From: a virus
Taxonomy: Duplodnaviria > Heunggongvirae > Uroviricota > Caudoviricetes
IMG/VR virus record: IMGVR_UViG_2541047698_000009
Strand: one strand, 5' to 3'
Length of the DNA: 10,038 nucleotides
How positions within the stretch are numbered: position 1 is the stretch's first letter; every line of letters begins with the position of its first letter. Both the position numbers and the translations under genes were made by a program. Below are positions 7,583 to 10,038 of this stretch, one piece after another. Below the pieces are notes generated by a model that saw nothing but the letters and a program-made list of their open reading frames with translations, was not told the origin of the DNA and did not search any database.

Positions 7583-9055
7583 ATGACAGTAAAAATTTCT
7601 GGCGTGCTTAAAGATGGCACAGGAAAACCAGTACAGAACTGCACCATTGTGCTGAAGGCCAGACGGACCAGCAGCACGGTGGTGGTGAACACGGTGGCCT
7701 CTGAAAATCCGGATGAAGCCGGGCGTTACAGCATGGATGTTGAGTATGGCCAGTACAGCGTCACCCTGCTGGTTGAAGATTTTCCGCCTTCACATGCCGG
7801 GACCATTACCGTCTATGAAGGTTCCAGACCAGGTACGCTGAATGATTTTCTCGGCGCCATGACGGAGGATGATGTTCGTCCGGAGGCACTGCGCCGTTTT
7901 GAGCTGATGGTGAATGAAGTGGCACGTCATGCCGGAGCGTCATCACAGAGTGCAGCGGCGGCAAAGAAATCCGAAACGGCAGCAGCCTCATCGAAGAATG
8001 CGGCGAAAACCTCAGAAACGAATGCAGCTAACAGCGCACAGGCGGCAGCGGCCTCGCAGACTGCATCGGCAAACTCCGCGACAGCAGCCAAAAAATCAGA
8101 AACCAGCGCGAAAAATAGCGAGACAGCCACAAAGGCCAGCGAAAAAAACGCAAAATCCAGCCAGACGGCAGCGAAAACCAGTGAGACGAATGCCAAAGAC
8201 AGTGAAGCCAACGCAAAGGTGAGCGAAACAGCGGCGGCGAACTCGGCGAAAGCATCGGCAGCAAGCCAGACGGCAGCAAAAGCAAGTGAAGATGCTGCCA
8301 GAGAATACGCAAACCAGACAGCAGAGCCGTACAGATATGTTTTACAGCCGCTGCCGGATGTGTGGATACCCTTTAATGATTCGCTGGATATGATTACGGG
8401 CTATTCTCCGGGTTATAAAAAAGTGAAGATTGGTGATAATGTGGTTCAGGTTGCCAGTGATAAACAGGTTAATTTCAGTCGCGCATCAACGGCAACATAT
8501 ATCAACAAATCTGGCGAACTGAAAACGGCGGAAATTAATGAGCCACGATTTGAGTGTGATGGCCTGCTTATTGAGGGGCAAAGAACGAACTTCTTCCCGA
8601 ACAGTACAGACCCTTCGAAGTGGAATAAGTCAACTTCACTGGACGTTACAGAAACAGGCACAGATAGTTTCGGGTTTAATTATGGCCGGTTTGTCGTACA
8701 GGATTCGATTGTTGGTACAAGTAAAGCGCATACCATTATCGGACTGTATTCGAGTGCCGGAGGGGTTGATACTTCAGGGGACGAAAAGCATGTAACTATA
8801 TCCTGTCGGGTAAAAAGTGAAGTTGATAATATCGCCGTTCGTATTTTATTTGAACATTATGATGGGGAGGTAAGGACATCAATAGGAGCAGCAAACCTGA
8901 ACCTTACCACCCGCATAATTAGCAAGACAGGTCAGACAAGCCGTGTTACAGCAAGGTCTGTTAAGGATGATGCAACTGGCTGGATATTTTTTGAGGCTAC
9001 ATTAAAAGCAGATACAACAGAAAATACGGTTGGTGGTTTTGTCCAGTATTCGTAA
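7583..9055 (+). CDS. stf: Side tail fibre protein (Stf-like), probably 3'-truncated by IS insertion
   Basis: N-terminus MTVKISGVLKDGTGKPVQNCTIVLKARRTSSTVVVNTVASENPDEAGRYSMDVEYGQYSV matches lambda Stf (orf-401) as I recall it, followed by Ala/Ser/Thr/Lys-rich degenerate repeats typical of fibre shafts. RBS GGTGGA upstream. The stop TAA (9053-9055) lies inside the sequence GTAAGCG that I take to be the IS66-family terminus. Confidence 0.8.
   Translation: MTVKISGVLKDGTGKPVQNCTIVLKARRTSSTVVVNTVASENPDEAGRYSMDVEYGQYSVTLLVEDFPPSHAGTITVYEGSRPGTLNDFLGAMTEDDVRPEALRRFELMVNEVARHAGASSQSAAAAKKSETAAASSKNAAKTSETNAANSAQAAAASQTASANSATAAKKSETSAKNSETATKASEKNAKSSQTAAKTSETNAKDSEANAKVSETAAANSAKASAASQTAAKASEDAAREYANQTAEPYRYVLQPLPDVWIPFNDSLDMITGYSPGYKKVKIGDNVVQVASDKQVNFSRASTATYINKSGELKTAEINEPRFECDGLLIEGQRTNFFPNSTDPSKWNKSTSLDVTETGTDSFGFNYGRFVVQDSIVGTSKAHTIIGLYSSAGGVDTSGDEKHVTISCRVKSEVDNIAVRILFEHYDGEVRTSIGAANLNLTTRIISKTGQTSRVTARSVKDDATGWIFFEATLKADTTENTVGGFVQYS
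7952..8300 (+). repeat. Degenerate tandem repeats encoding the Ala/Ser/Thr/Lys-rich Stf shaft
   Basis: Recurring nucleotide units of the form AAA(A/T)C(C/A)GA(A/G)AC(G/C)...GCAGC, giving peptide repeats AAKKSETAAASS / AAKTSETNAANS / AAKKSETSAKNS / AAKTSETNAKDS / AKVSETAAANS. They generate the spurious overlapping ORFs 7914-8222 (+) and 7927-8211 (-). Confidence 0.6.
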
Positions 9056-9136
9056 GCGTAAAGCCAATGCCGTCTGTAACACCTGCTCCTTGCAGACTAA
9101 ATTAGAGCTCCTTCTAAATTAGACGGAGTTCTATTG

Positions 9137-9571
9137 ATGGATAAACCTACAGACTGGCGCTCCGGAACCCGCCGGATATTTTCTAATGAATTTAAACTTC
9201 ATATGGTTGAACTGGCTTCGAAACCAAATGCCAATGTTGCACAACTGGCCCGGGAACATGGCGTTGATAACAACCTGATTTTTAAATGGCTACGCCTCTG
9301 GCAAAGAGAAGGACGTATTTCTCGTAGAATGCCTCCAACTATTGTAGGCCCTACAGTATCACAATCTTTTCCGGCCTCTCCGACTCTGGTTCCAGTGGAA
9401 CTTATCGACACCCCGCGCTGTGCTACAGATGCTCCTGCTCCGGAGGCATTATCAGTTGCTTGTGCAGCTTCCTGCCATGTGGAATTCCATTACGGTAAAA
9501 TGATGCTGGAAAATCCTTCACCAGAGCTGCTCACGGTGTTGATCCGTGAGCTGACCGGGAGGGGACGATGA
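9137..9571 (+). CDS. tnpA: IS66-family accessory protein (orf1/TnpA-like, HTH)
   Basis: 144-aa ORF from ATG 9137 (the ORF-track start at 9134 is a TTG one codon upstream); RBS GGAG at 9125-9128. Sequence MDKPTDWRSGTRRIFSNEFKLHMVELASKPNANVAQLAREHGVDNNLIFKWLRLW is typical of IS66 orf1 proteins. Confidence 0.82.
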   Translation: MDKPTDWRSGTRRIFSNEFKLHMVELASKPNANVAQLAREHGVDNNLIFKWLRLWQREGRISRRMPPTIVGPTVSQSFPASPTLVPVELIDTPRCATDAPAPEALSVACAASCHVEFHYGKMMLENPSPELLTVLIRELTGRGR

Positions 9572-9918
9572 TTTCACTCCCATCAGGTACCCGTATCTGG
9601 CTCGTTGCCGGCGTTACTGATATGCGTAAATCCTTCAACGGTCTGGGGGAGCAGATACAGCATGTGCTGGATGATAACCCCTTCTCCGGTCACCTGTTTA
9701 TCTTCCGTGGCCGACGGGGAGACACGATTAAAATCCTGTGGGCTGATGCTGATGGTCTGTGCCTGTTCACCAAACGCCTTGAGGAAGGTCAGTTTATCTG
9801 GCCTGCGGTGCGTGACGGTAAGATATCCATTACCCGCTCGCAACTGGCAATGCTCCTCGATAAGCTGGACTGGCGTCAGCCAAAAACATCCCGCCTTAAC
9901 GCACTGACAATGTTGTAA
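9568..9918 (+). CDS. tnpB: IS66-family accessory protein TnpB (orf2)
   Basis: 116-aa ORF overlapping orf1 by ATGA. Sequence MISLPSGTRIWLVAGVTDMRKSFNGLGEQIQ...LFIFRGRRGDTIKILWADADGLCLFTKRLEEGQFIWP is characteristic of IS66 TnpB. Confidence 0.85.
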   Translation: MISLPSGTRIWLVAGVTDMRKSFNGLGEQIQHVLDDNPFSGHLFIFRGRRGDTIKILWADADGLCLFTKRLEEGQFIWPAVRDGKISITRSQLAMLLDKLDWRQPKTSRLNALTML

Positions 9919-9948
9919 AAAACTCCTGACCGCATTATAAAAACGGCC

Positions 9949-10038
9949 ATGAGTCAGAAATACCTCATTCGCATCGCTGAGCTGGAAAGGCTGCTCTCTG
10001 AGCAGGCTGAAGCCCTCCGTCAGAAAGACCAGCAACTG
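9949..10038 (+). CDS. tnpC: IS66-family transposase (orf3/TnpC), N-terminal 30 codons only
   Basis: ATG at 9949, 30 nt after the TnpB stop. MSQKYLIRIAELERLLSEQAEALRQKDQQL is the leucine-zipper-like N-terminus typical of IS66 transposases. Open to the window end. Confidence 0.7.
   Translation, partial: MSQKYLIRIAELERLLSEQAEALRQKDQQL

Larger units (their letters stand above)
9052..10038 (+). mobile_element. IS66-family insertion sequence, left end and first 987 bp (continues beyond window)
   Basis: Begins GTAAGCG (IS66-family termini start 5'-GTAA, from memory), followed by the characteristic three-ORF organisation: small HTH protein, ATGA-overlapped TnpB-like accessory protein, then the start of the large transposase. 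Confidence 0.8.

Noticed and set aside
7914-8222. Arg/Gln/Pro-rich 102-aa ORF (+) and 94-aa ORF (-) within stf
   Set aside because: Alternative-frame translations of the Ala/Ser repeat DNA; a by-product of the repeat composition.
7583-9055. Diversity-generating retroelement targeting the tail-fibre C-terminus
   Set aside because: No reverse transcriptase gene and no template/variable repeat pair with adenine-specific mismatches is visible in the window.
1-10038. CRISPR array, tRNA/tmRNA gene, attachment site or defence operon
   Set aside because: No regularly spaced direct repeats, no cloverleaf-like segments and no non-structural multi-gene cluster; every long ORF is accounted for by tail genes or the IS.

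Overview
This window is the distal tail-morphogenesis block of a lambda-like (lambdoid) phage or prophage of an enterobacterial, E. coli-type host, all on the + strand: 3' end of tape-measure gene H, then M, L, K, I, J (1230 aa central tail fibre), the moron lom, and a side-tail-fibre gene (stf) that runs directly into the left end of an IS66-family insertion sequence continuing past the window end. Gene identities rest on the translated sequences, which I recognise from memory as close relatives of lambda gpH/M/L/K/I/J/Lom/Stf, plus lambda-like overlapping start/stop junctions; no search was run. The most interesting unexplained structure is a roughly 340-bp AT-rich island between I and J (I recall lambda having only about 60 bp there). 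On the minus strand it carries a near-consensus sigma70 promoter, about 95 nt without an ORF, and a canonical intrinsic terminator, so I propose a small non-coding RNA moron. Other points of interest are the IS66 insertion that appears to truncate stf, mosaic low-GC distal domains in J and Stf, and a coiled-coil expansion in J. I found no CRISPR array, tRNA or defence-system-like gene, and cannot substantiate a novel multi-gene system from this sequence.
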